Shown in pieces: positions 35,641 to 47,400 of a DNA stretch of 64,000 bases; the stretch's first letter is position 1, and each line of letters starts with the position of its first letter. The position numbers and the translations under genes were made by a program. The DNA is taken from positions 38,378,001-38,442,000 of the forward strand of contig CM060734.1 in assembly GCA_030704615.1 (NCBI GenBank), read 5' to 3'. Below the pieces are notes generated by a model. It was not told the origin of the DNA. It made no database searches and was given only the letters and a program-made list of their open reading frames with translations. This DNA is from Takakia lepidozioides. Taxonomy: Eukaryota; Plantae; Bryophyta.

Positions 35641-37804
35641 GATGAAAACTCACAACCCAACCAGTTGTCAACCTGTCTCTAATCCCCACTTTCTACATGG
35701 TAACCGAATAGAGAACCTGTTGCAGCTTATGCCTTAGACTACTAGGTTCATAACATAAACGTGCACCTGCACCTACATCCACCGCAAGCACTCCTATGGT
35801 CTGCCGGTCAACAACCCAGCCTCACCATAAGAGACACTATGGATCTGACTGATCATCACCCAGCCTCACCACCGACAGCACGCTCTAGGATTGACCGGTG
35901 ATCAAATCCGGGACCAACCTCCTATGAAAACAAGCGCCCACCAAAAACTAACGTGGCGCACAGTCAAGCATGCAGGTGTGGAGGGGATCCAAGCACAAGA
36001 AAATCAAAATAGTAACTCCCCCACACCAAAAACACTCCACAGTGTCACTCCTGCAAAACACCCCAGCCCAAACCCGGACTGACTCTTGCCTCCACCTACG
36101 GAAAGGTTTTGGCCTACAAAGAGGTGGAAAGACTACAAGGAAGAGAGACTAAAGCAATTTTTATCATAGCATGCTCTCATCCCACTACCCTATCTCCACA
36201 CTCTCTTGCTTAAGCAATAGACAAGACCTTTCAAAAATCTCTCAAATAACTCTCTAAGAGCCCTCAAGATGTCTCTCAAACAATCTCACTAAGACTCCCA
36301 AAGCTTGGACAATGGTACTCCAAACAGTACACCAAGGCCCCAAGAGCCTACCAAATCTTGGCCCTCAAGGACCCCAAACAGCCCTCCAAACAGCCTTCCA
36401 AAGGCTCCAAAAACTTGCCAAATATTGGCTTTCAAAGACCCCAAATGGTCCTCCACATAGCCTTCCAAAGGCTCCAAAAACTTGCCAAAACTTGGCCTTC
36501 AAAGACCGCAAATAGACCTCCAAATAGTCATCCAAATACCTCTTCAAGAGCTCTTCAAAGTGCCTTACAAAAGCTCTAGAGTGTCTTCCAAAAGCTCCCT
36601 AAAAGGACCCAAAGATCGGCCCTTGAAAATCCTCCAAAAGCCCTATATTGTCTTTATATGTCACTATGTTCCCAACCTATAGTGACCATTCCTACACCTT
36701 GGTGACGGTTCCCAGACTACGATGACCGTTCCCACACTTTTGTGACTGTTCCCATGCACCTAGGGTTTCATGTGCATCTCATGCTAGGGTTTGTGCATTC
36801 CAAGCTAGGGTTTGGGCTTCCTTGAGCTTCATGCTTGCCTCCTCAAGCATCCATGACTTCTATGAGATACCAAGGCAAACTAACCTTGATCTTCTCACCT
36901 CAAGCCACAACCAAGCTTGATTCCATCTCACCTAGCAATGCATTTGCCACACAACAAGCTTCACTTCTCTTTGGAGCTCAAGAATCAAGCTTTTTACCTC
37001 ATTTAACAAGCAACCAAGTCTTGCACTCATTCATGTGTTCTCCTTTGGCCATCCACACACATGCTCCATTCTTGGCTTCTATTTGTTCTTCTCCAAGCAT
37101 CAATACATCTCCATCTCATGCAAAGAGGAAGATTCAAGTCCCTTCACTTGCTAGCTCAAGAGTCGTGCTCTCTCAAGCTTAAGTTGTTGTTGAAACCCCA
37201 ACTCAAACATGTGCTCTACAAGTGCTTTTCCTTTACCTAAGAGGAAACCGGCCCTTTTCATTTCTTCTTGCTCTCCAAGGCTTGAAAATAGAAGCCTCAA
37301 TGGGCTGAAAACATGCTCCACATAAGCATCACCTCATACACAAAGGAATAAACTTGTTCGCTTCACCTTCTAGCTCTCCTCAAGCTTGAAGTTGGAAGCC
37401 GCACTTGGAAAGCATGCTCCACACATGCGCCACTTGCTTTGTCAACCACTTGCTTCATCAAGAGAAATCCAAGAACTCATAGACTAGCAAAAGCACTCCC
37501 TTCTAACGCCTTAGCTTGCTTGTTTGTCAACCAAATGAAACCCCACTTGGCTTCATTTCACCATGGATAATAAAACCAACCATTCTTAGCTTCTCTTGAG
37601 CTACTCAATGCTCCTCAAGCTATCCTTGTTGTACTCCTTCTATGGTGTTTCTAACCCAAGCATGTGCCACTCTTTGGCTTCTCTTTCACACCATGAACAA
37701 CTAGAGCTTGCTCTTGTGTGTCTATCTTCTCCACACACAGGACGCTTCTCTTGTGATGCAAGAGCTCTTTTCCAAGCTCTCAAACCCTTGGGTGTACAAT
37801 AATG

Positions 37805-38474
37805 CTTCTACAAACCTCAATGCATTCTTTTCACCATAGAGAAGCCACTTCTTTGGCAAATGGTTGTGTCACAACATTTGAGATACAAGAGATAACGCTC
37901 ATTCTTCTCAAACTTTCAAACCTTTGCTTCCACACACACAAGACTTTCTCCTTGCAGTACTTGCAAAGTCTTGTAACTCAAGAGCTCTCTCCTTGAGCTC
38001 TCCACATGTCCCAAGTGAGGCTCGACACCTCACTTGGCATGTGAGACCAATGAAGTCCCAACACACAAATATAAATATAAATATCTAAAATGTCCTAGTT
38101 AACTAGAAGTAGGTAATTCTAGATAACCATGACTAAATCTACAAACCCTCAATGCATTCTTTTCACCATAGAAGCCACTTCTTTGGCAAATGGTTGTCAC
38201 AACATTTGAGATACAAGAGATAACGCTCATTCTTCTCAAACTTTCAAACCTTTGCTTCCATACACACAAGACTTTCTCCTTGCAGTACTTGCAAAGTCTT
38301 GTAACTCAAGAGCTCTCTCCTTGAGCTCTCCACATGTCCCAAGTGAGGCTCGACACCTCACTTGGCATGTGAGACCAATGAAGTCCCAACACACAAATAT
38401 AAATATAAATATCTAAAATGTCCTAGTTAACTAGAAGTAGGTAATTCTAGATAACCATGACTAAAACCATGACA
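37805..38474. repeat. ~330-bp tandem duplication at the family A 5' end
   Basis: 37805-38137 is near-identical to 38138-38466. Confidence 0.85.
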
Positions 38475-38549
38475 TAACGCTCCATGGGATACATCCACCG
38501 TGAAGACACCGGATGAACAATTTTGTTTATCTCCATGGAATACATCTAT

Positions 38550-40830
38550 GTGCTCACTTGTAGCCACTAAAATGATTTTTTTTTAAAAAAAAAAAATCAA
38601 AGTGCAAAAGATTTAAAAAAAACACATCAGCTGGTAAGTGTAGAGTGTGTCGCCGTGGTGGTTCAGGGTTCAAACCCGCTACATTACTCCATGTGTGGAA
38701 TTGTTTGTGACGACGGTATGTCTGGGCGTTGATCCTCCTGTAGGTCTCATGGCTCATAAATGAAAGGGGGTTAATTTTTCCCCCTCCTCAAGGGCCTGAG
38801 GTTTCCTTTAAATTTTATTTAAAAACAAAAAAAAACAAAAAGTTGCTTATAAGGTTTGTGAAAAGGTTAAAAAACTTAAAAAGTTGCCCATCACGTATGT
38901 ACAATATATACATGCTTTTGGGGGGGAAATTTCAAATATGTGCATGTAGCGTACTGGTAAGGGCTCTTTGTGCGTGACGCGGGGTCGCGGGTTCAAAGTC
39001 CTCGCGTTGTTTTTTTCCCCCTCATGCACTAAGCCCCACTAAGCCCCACTAAGCCCTATCGTTGTTGTGCACACTAAGTCCTCGTGCAGGTTGGTCTTAG
39101 TAGGTCGCGTTTCAATCTCTGCTCGCTCAGCTGCACCGTGGTGGTTCTCATGGACAATCCGACATTACCTGACTATAGACACAAGCAGCACACACAAGAG
39201 GTCCGTTTGGGTTCATGGTTTGTCAAATCCTCCATGGGTCATGACACAAGGTCGACGACAATGTGGTTAGGGCACCTTCTTCTTCGACCTATTTCAGCCT
39301 GTCTTGCGCTCTCATCAGACTCAGCCCTGAAGTTGCAGCACGGAGCAAAGTTGGCATGAGTTTTTTAAAGATCCTTCACGATGGTGGGACAACCGCAATC
39401 GCAAGGTGTGGCTTTTTCTTAATGTATGATGTCAAGAAGTTTGTCCATCCTGCAAATGTGGGCTCTCGGTTCCTGTTAGTACCATGATTTGGTATTCTTC
39501 CCGATGTTTACAAGGTTCTTGGGAGAGTCAGCTTGGTCTTAGCAGGCCGTGTTTCAATCTCTGCCTGCTCAACTGCACCGTGGTGGGTTCTCACATACCA
39601 AGGTCGACGACAATGTAGTTCGACCTATTTCAGCCTGTTTTGCCCTCTCATCAGACTCGGCCCTAAATTTGCAGCATGGAGCAAAGCTTGCATGAGTTTT
39701 TTTGCGATCCTTCATGATGGTGGGACAATCACAATCGCAAGGTGTGGCTTTTTCTTAATGTAGGATGTGAAGAAGTTTGTCCATCCTGCAAATGTGGGCT
39801 TTTGGCTCCTGTTAGTACCATGATTTGGTATTCTTCCTGATGTTTACAAGGTTCTTGGGAGAGTCAGCTTGGTCTTAGCAGGTCCTGTTTCAATCTCTGC
39901 TCGCTTAGCTGCACCATGGTGGTTCTCATGGACCAATGTGATGTTTTTTTTTTCCCCCTCAAGCACCAAGCCCCACTAAGCCCTATCGCTACTGCGCACT
40001 TAAGTCATCGCTGATGTTTATAAGGTTCTTGGGAGAGTCGGCTTGGTCCAGGGTATGCACGGCAGGGACGTGGGATGGAGGCTTTGGAGACCTATGAGCA
40101 AATGATGGGGGAAGCACATCGTGTTTGTGTGCATTTGCAATGCTTGTGCAAAGCCTGGCAGCCCTGGAGAAGGGCAAGAGGTGCATGGGGATATCATCAA
40201 AGCTGGAATTGTGCCAAATGTCAATCTGAACACTGCCCTGGCAGCTTAGGGGAAAGAGGTCCATGGCGACATCTTCAGAGTTGGAATTGTACCAGATGTC
40301 ATCCTGAACAAAACCTTGGTGAACATGTTTGCAAAATGTGGGTGCATCTAGGATGCAAAGGGAGTGTTCGACACTATGGCTGAACGAGATGTGGTGTCGT
40401 GGAGTGCGATGCTTGCATGGTATGCACGGCAGGGACGTGGGATGGAGGCTTTGGAGAGCTATGAGCACATGATGGGGGAAGGGGGGGCACCTTCTTCAAT
40501 AGCACAATGGCTACAAGTGGGTAGATGGTCAACTGGAAACAGCAATGGCAGCAACGCAATTGATAGATTAAGGCCCACTGCTAATGAAGGTACCTTCTTC
40601 AACATATTTCACCCTGAATTCCCCTACTATTAGAGTCATCCCTAAGTATCCAAAAATAGGTAACAGATATGAGAAGAAGCTATGGGATGAATACTTTTCT
40701 GACCCCAGTAACTGGTGGAGCAACCGAGGCAAAAAGGTGAATGCCTGTCAAATTACAGAGTATAGCAGATGCAATTGACCGTAGGTACTAGTGTGATAAG
40801 TTGAGTTGGGTGCAATTGCACTCTCCCTTT
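38550..40830 (+). repeat. Inverted paralog of the Pack-CACTA cargo (tRNA-like repeat, PDF exons, PPR fragments)
   Basis: Matches the reverse complement of parts of 28000-32020. LWDEYFSDPSNWWSNRGKK at ~40680-40737; PPR motifs at 40050-40480. Confidence 0.75.
38942..39016 (+). other. tRNA-like / SINE head relic
   Basis: TAGCGTACTGGTAA A-box, GGTTCAAA B-box, T-run terminator. No convincing cloverleaf. Confidence 0.35.
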
Positions 40831-41239
40831 CCTCTCTGCTTCTATTCAAAGGTAGGGTTCATGCCCTTAGTTTAAATTTCATGTTGTGCGCATACATATC
40901 GCTACACAACTACATCGCTGTCCAAAACCACACAACACATGTGCACGCCACACACTAGTATATCACTAGTCCAACCACTAGGCTACAACTAGTCAGTCAC
41001 TAGGCTGCCACTATGCTGCCCACTATGGCAGTCAGGGATGCCTCGGCGTGAGCCTGGTCACGTGAGCGCAACTGCGCTCACGCCACGTCACCTTGCGCCA
41101 ATGCCACATCACGGGGCTCACTCCACGTCATCACACTTGAAGACCGCGTCACCACGCGCCCAAGAAGAAGTGGAGTGTATTCCCGCGGATTGGCACCCTT
41201 TACCGCGGAAACAAGCTGGACGACATAATAAAAGGCATT

Positions 41240-41600
41240 GAATAAAGGATGGATGAATGTACAGTTGGATGATAAACATATGGATGAGTGTGAAAAATAA
41301 ATGTAGATGGATGAATGAGGGATGGATAAGAGTCAAATGGATGAATATATAATGGATGTTGAACAATGGAAAACATTCATGACAGGAAGATGCATGACTA
41401 AAACTTTAGACGAATGCACAACGTATATGACATGAGTGTGGTAGGTTTGTGGGGTGGATTAAAGAGTACAGAGGATGAATGTACAATGGATGTTGAACAA
41501 AGGAAAACATTCATGAATGGAGCACGCATGAATACATTGTAGATGAAAGCACAATGGATATGACAAGAGTGAGGGAGGTTTGTGAGATGGATTCATACAT
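41240..41600. repeat. Degenerate GGATGAAT-rich repeats
   Basis: Recurrent TGGATG/GATGAAT motifs plus a ~130-bp duplication. Confidence 0.55.
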
Positions 41601-42052
41601 ATTGCAATTTAAATGGTAGTTGATTCTTTGATTATTTTTCTTTCCAAAGGAACAACTACGGTGGAGGAAGGGGATTCAACGTTTTCCAAAGAGGATGAAA
41701 CAGAATATTAAAAGAACATAGTTCAGTCTGACTCAGAGTCAGTACAATGTATCCCCACTTCCTCTGCATCTAAGTCTAAGTATTTAAGAACTCCGGATCT
41801 ACGCTGGCTACACCTACGGCCGGGCAGTAAAAATTCAGGGGATAGGGACTCGGCCGCGTGAAGTGCCATTGCTTCGGCATAATCAGGAAGCAGAAAATTG
41901 GAAAGGGGGCTATCAAAAACAGACTCGCCACAAATGACTGTATCTCCTGAAGATCCACCACTGCCTTTCCTGAAAGACAGCCTGAAAAAGTTATTACTGT
42001 AACTTTGATGTTATTGAGAAATTGAGTATGACTCCCAAAGTGGGTTTAGCAC

Positions 42053-45000
42053 TTACTCACATGAAAAGTCGTTGTCAACCTGCTTATCTTCGGGATCGTC
42101 ATCATTTCGAATTTGAATCCGATCAGTCTGTGTGCCTGAAGTGGAGCCAGACAAAAGGGGGAGGAGCACTGTGTTGTAGAGGTCAGAATCACCCTCCATG
42201 CCAAAAAGGCTTCTTCCGTCTGCCTTGCATGCATGGTAAGTTGCTCCTGCACCAGACAGGAGGACATGAACAGTTTGGTGGGGGGGATTTAAGTGGATGG
42301 AACTGGTGAAAGAAAATCAATTTGGAAGGGAGAGAACGAACCTGTGGACACAAAAAGATCGACCACCCGTGCAGAGTGGTGGCTGCATGACTCCAACAGT
42401 ATTTGCATGAACGCTGGGATTTTTCCTTTGCACCTCTCCAGGGAGTGCCATCTGGTCTCTTCAAAGTCTGACTGGACTGCATGAAGTTGTACAAAATGTC
42501 TTCGACATGCGGCTCATAGGGGGGGTTGATGAAACAACCCTGGTCAGAAATCTCAAAGCTGTGGATGGAGGATGGTGTCTTTGAGGTGCGAATCCTCCGC
42601 AGGCAGATCGATTCAGAACTCAGGCACAAAACAATCATTTTTATCACGAATCGGTGATGATCGGTGTCGATCATGACAGATTTTTCTAGAGTGGAGCTGC
42701 AGAGAACATTGAAACTCATCATGAAAGCACAAGCAGAAGGGAGACGGCATACCAGCTGACCAAGGAAACCCCCTTTCACAAGGTAGAGGTTGTTCACACA
42801 ATTCCATGTGCGCAAAATTTCAAACCCTGAAGACTTCAGGTATGATGCCAATGCCCGACAACTATCTTTGTCACATGACTGAAAAAGCAGAAGTGTCCCT
42901 GCATCAGAGAGGAAACTATTACAGAACCCGAACACCCAACTCCAGTAGTTGTCCTCGAATTTGTTCCAGCCTGGCGTCTTGCCCTTTGGAAGAACTTCTG
43001 GCACAGCCTGGCCATCCGAGATGTCGAGAATGACAATGTCAGCCGCATATGTTTTTTGCACACCGCACACGAAGGTGGGACCTGTGCTCACCTGCAACAG
43101 ACATGTTTTTTTTAAGAACGATGGCAAGAATGTTTTCAAAGAACCAGACTGAAATACTGCCAATGAAACTTTCAGAGAAAAGGAAAGAAACTGGAATTCT
43201 CACCAGATTGAGGAATGAGATTATGTTGTCCCAGGTAGGCGAAGGCACCCCAGTGTATCCTCTCTTTCGACTCTGCATCATCGACATCCAACCCTCATTG
43301 ACAATTTTAATCTCTCCTGCCGAATCAGAACGGGAAGGGTGTGGCTTGGCATCGAACACGCACTGAACTGTGCGGGTATATCTTCCAGCAGTGAAGTCCT
43401 GCCCACTCTCCATCTCCTTTTCTTTCTCCTTCCCCTTGTCCTTTTCCTTCTCTTTGGACTTGTCTTTGTCCTTTGGCTTTGCTGGTGAGATGGCTATGAC
43501 ATCAAGAGCCTTGTCTTTTGGTTTGCGGCCCGCATTCTTTCCCTTCTGCGGCGTTCCCTGAGCATCAGGCTCCTTGGCAGCCAATGTTGCTATGTTTCTT
43601 TGGTACTCTTCATCAGTCAGAGGCGCCAGCATCTCAGCATTATTGTTCAAATATTTCATATGCTGTTCTTGAAAGGTCGTGTGCTCCGGTGGGCAGTCAA
43701 GGTACCAGCCACAGTCTCTGAAGTGAGAAGGACTCCAGTCCTTCAATATCCCTGCAGTATACATGGTTGGATCGTTTGAAGGGTCCGACCACATGTCAAG
43801 ATAGTCTGGAATACCGCTCAGGTGATTTCCTTCCATAAGCACATATTTCGTGTACCTGTTAAACAGGAGATAAATCCCAACCCACCAAAGCGCAAAGTGA
43901 GTAAGATGCAAGTAGCACATAATGAAAAAAACATGGAATGAAATGGCTCTGAGAACTGCTCCAAGGACCTTTCAGGACCACACGACAGCTCCGGATGTGA
44001 ATGTCGTCAACGCCATTCAAAACATTCCATTCAATGATACTGTAAATACACCCTAATCCACGTGAATGCAAACTCTCGCTTTGGAATGACACAGACATAG
44101 AAGTGAATGTCGTCAACGACATTCACTTTGGATTTGTGAATACACTGCTAATCAAGCCTAATGATTTATCAAAAGAGGCAAAATCATTAGATGGACATCA
44201 GAAACTCGACTAAGGAACCCTCCCCAAAAACTCAATGGACATTCATAACGAACATAACATTGAGGACCTCATAATAACACTGGATGTGAATGGCGTCAAC
44301 GCCATTCACAAAATTACGAACAAAGAACCAATTAATTAGCTCCCAATCCATGTAAATTCAAATTGTCGCTGGTGAATGACACAGACATAAAAGTGAATGT
44401 CGTCAACGACATTCACTTTGGATCTCTGATAACACAACTAATCAAGCCTCAAGATTTCTCGCAAGAGGCAAAAGCAATGCAGAACAACTGAATGTCTACA
44501 TTGACATTCAGCAAACTGAAGTGAGGAACCCTCACTGTAAACTCTATGGACATTACAAAAACTTGCAGCTCTTCCTGTTTCGCACTTCTTGATTATATTG
44601 GGGGGGAGTACTGTCCGAAAATCATCCAGCTTCATCAGACCAATCCTCTGAATTCGGAATAGTGTGTGGACCAAGCTTGTTGTCGCATGCGATTTCTCTG
44701 TCGATCTGCAAAAACATTGGAAACATTGCATTCTTTAACACTGTTTTTTTTGGATTAACAAGACACTACAGAGGGAATGAAATCTCTAGGATGACTTACT
44801 TGTTCACGTCGTGCATAGTTGTAAGAAGCCTAGCGATGTCGTTTCCTGGATCCAAAACCATTGCCTCCACAACAACATGCTTGTCTTTGTCTTTCGCATG
44901 GTGTTTCTGGATGTATCACATCCATGCCAGCAATCGGTGGTTGCCGTCCCAGACGTAGAACATGTGGTTGTAGAATTGCTGGGTGTTCTTTCCCATCATG

Positions 45001-46642
45001 AGGCCCAGCTCGAACTCCTCATTGGCATCTTTCCAGCACTCATCCCAGTTATCACTGATCTCTGGAGACACTAATGTGCTTTTCCCATTTATATCCGTCA
45101 GTGACACATAAAAAACTTGTGCACCAAGTCTGTATCCATGCACAAAATCACTCTCCAATTTTGTTATGTCATGGGAAAGAGGTGGACGCACAACAGGCAT
45201 AGATATCATCCGGCACAGAGGGATGTCCAGACGCCCTCCAGATATGAGCATGTCCGTTATAACCTCCTGAGAGTTTACCTTCTGGAATGACATGAGTTCT
45301 TTCACCTTGTCAAGGTAGTGCACTTCAGATTCATCTGCTTCATCTGTATTCTCTGATCTTTTTCCAGACTCGTCCCCATCTCCAGATCCTTTCCCCTCTG
45401 ATCCTGTAGGCTTGGACCTCACAGTTTTCTGCACGATTCCATAACGACCATCACTCCGTCTCGAAGAAACTCACAATGAATGGTGTGAAACAAATTCAGA
45501 ACCATCTACACAAGCAAAGCTGATCCTGCCGAATTCAAAACAAATGCGAGAGCGATGGCGAATGGCGTTAACGACAATCACAAAAGATAAGGACCTGCCG
45601 GATCGGTGTTGTGTAATGACATATATGTGTAAGTGATTGGCGGCAACGACATTCAGTATAGTTTAGGGCGGACAGTAAGTGCAGATTATTCAGATTGACT
45701 CCATTGTGATTACCGTCGCAAGCATTCACGGTTTCCTGTCTATGTCGAGAGTACTTTCCAATCGATACTCTACCTGAATCTACAGTATGGTCTTCAAATC
45801 TTTGATTGGCGGTACCGCCTTTCCACTTCTATATCTGTTCAACCTCATACAAAGAAAATGCATTGCAATACATTATGACTGAATATGCCGACCCTCACTC
45901 TCTCTTCAAACACATAGGAAAATAAATCTCATGAGGAGAATCAAATGGCGTTAACGACGCTCGCAATTCAGTAGACTTCAATCACATGTTCCTGCTAAAG
46001 AAGGGAAGAGGAAGGACTGCTTGAAAGGCAATCAGACAGACTGTATGATCTGAACAACGGTGAATGACGGTACCGTCAGTCATCCACTCATTGTGCAGTA
46101 AACCCTTAACAGAGGAGGAGAAAACAAATCACCGTTGTTTCGTGGTGATGGTCGGTAGCGACAATCCCTTTCTGGGACATTCCACTCAATCTCTACGCAG
46201 ATCTTCAACAATGAAATGTAAGTTAGAGAAAACTTACTGGCGCCTTCTTAGGTTTTGAAATTGGATCCCCTTCTGCAGCTTTCCTCTTCCCTCTCACATC
46301 TGCTGGAATTTCTGTCTGCTCTAGGGTTTCTGGACCTTCTCCCGGTTCAGCGTTCCTCGTACTTCCACCTCCTTCAGTTTCCCTGCGAGTCATCTCTGCA
46401 TCCACAGGCTGGTTTCCAACGCGCACTGTTATCGCCGACTGTGTCACAACCGCTGCCTCAGTCTCAGTCTGCTCTTGTGAATCAGTCTCCGCGTTCACCT
46501 GCTGCCTTGGCCCTGTGTTCTCCAACAAACGACGCCTCGTCATTTGCTCTCTTGCTCTGCGTCTCTCTCTAAGGGAAATAAAATAAAGAGACTTTTTTTT
46601 CTTTCGTATTGTAGAAGGAACCCTCTCCAGCTTGACTACCAC
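42053..46642 (-). pseudogene. ParB/Srx-like + beta-class MTase fusion gene of MULE-2 (middle exons deleted)
   Basis: Exon 1 VKLE..KKKSLYF; YVWDGNHRLLAWM; VILDISDG; PWRGAKEK..ARVVDLFVSTG|ATYHACKADGRSLFGMEGD; ends DFSCE*. Confidence 0.8.
43997..44511. repeat. Intronic ~290-bp duplication with perfect palindromes
   Basis: AAGTGAATGTCGT-CA-ACGACATTCACTT (44101-44128 and 44391-44418); TGTGAATGGCGT-CA-ACGCCATTCACA (44285-44310). Confidence 0.85.
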
Positions 46643-47400
46643 TCTCCCTCTAAGCGCGAAAAGTAGAAAAACGAAGTGACTCCCGATATCTTGCGGGATT
46701 GCGTGCGTTGTTGCTTGTCTCTAGAAGCATCGGATTCCCTCTCGCGTGACCGTTACACATAGTCGTTCCCTTATTAGTGCACATGCCAGCAATTAGTGTA
46801 CAGCTGTTCGTATTCAGTTATCAATGTTTGACGTGTGTCGCCCAAAATAAATGGCGTGTTCTTTATTAGAACGGTTTCAATATTTAAAAATAACAGCGAA
46901 TCCAAGAAATCTTGGCGCACAGTCTTAGACAAATATATGTAAATGAACGAGAGTTTGATGACAAATTTTGGGATATCATACACGGTCATCCTTGTTAGCC
47001 AACCCCACGTTCCGTTTCACATTTTGAACTTTCCAGGTGCGCATGATCATTGGTAGTAGTATAAAGATACATTTACTTAATCTGCAATCCCACCCTCAGA
47101 TCCTGTGGCAAGCTTCCAGGAAGTCGGCTTGTTATTGTGTTTATTGATGAGGTTCTGATTAACGGTTTAACAGCTGCCGACATTGCTCCTAGGGATACTC
47201 TGACCACTGGGCCCACAAGAAAAGTAATTAAAATGGACGGCTGCATATCTGGAAAGAATAACAGAATATGCACAGTCGTCGTCTGAGCTTCCTCCGCCAT
47301 ATTCTCTGCTCATTCTTCAACTGTGTTATGGAGACATCAGTAAACCGATTTACACTGAAGGTCTGCGATAGCAAGGTATCAACGTACGCGAGGAAGGAAG

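Larger units (their letters stand above)
26479..38474 (-). mobile_element. Ty3/gypsy family A copy 2, both ends present, internally deleted
   Basis: 4-bp TSD TAAC (26475-26478 and 38475-38478) and TGTC...GACA ends. Contains gag, protease, a C5-MTase N-terminus, and the INT C-terminus with PHD. Confidence 0.9.
24008..38520 (-). mobile_element. CACTA/EnSpm element (one end visible), interrupted by family A copy 2
   Basis: CACTAGAAGAAAA terminus at 24008, with dense AACCACT/AGTGGTT subterminal repeats to ~24570. The Tnp2 DUF4218-like peptide RWMYPMERYMKDLKGYIRNYATPEGS is split across 38475-38520 and 26160-26478. Confidence 0.8.

Noticed and set aside
36240-36760. Short ORFs in the family A UTR
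   Set aside because: These arise from degenerate low-complexity repeats and show no coding signature.
38625-39016. Functional tRNA genes (also ~31865-31920)
   Set aside because: Only A/B-box-like motifs are present. I could not fold a proper cloverleaf.
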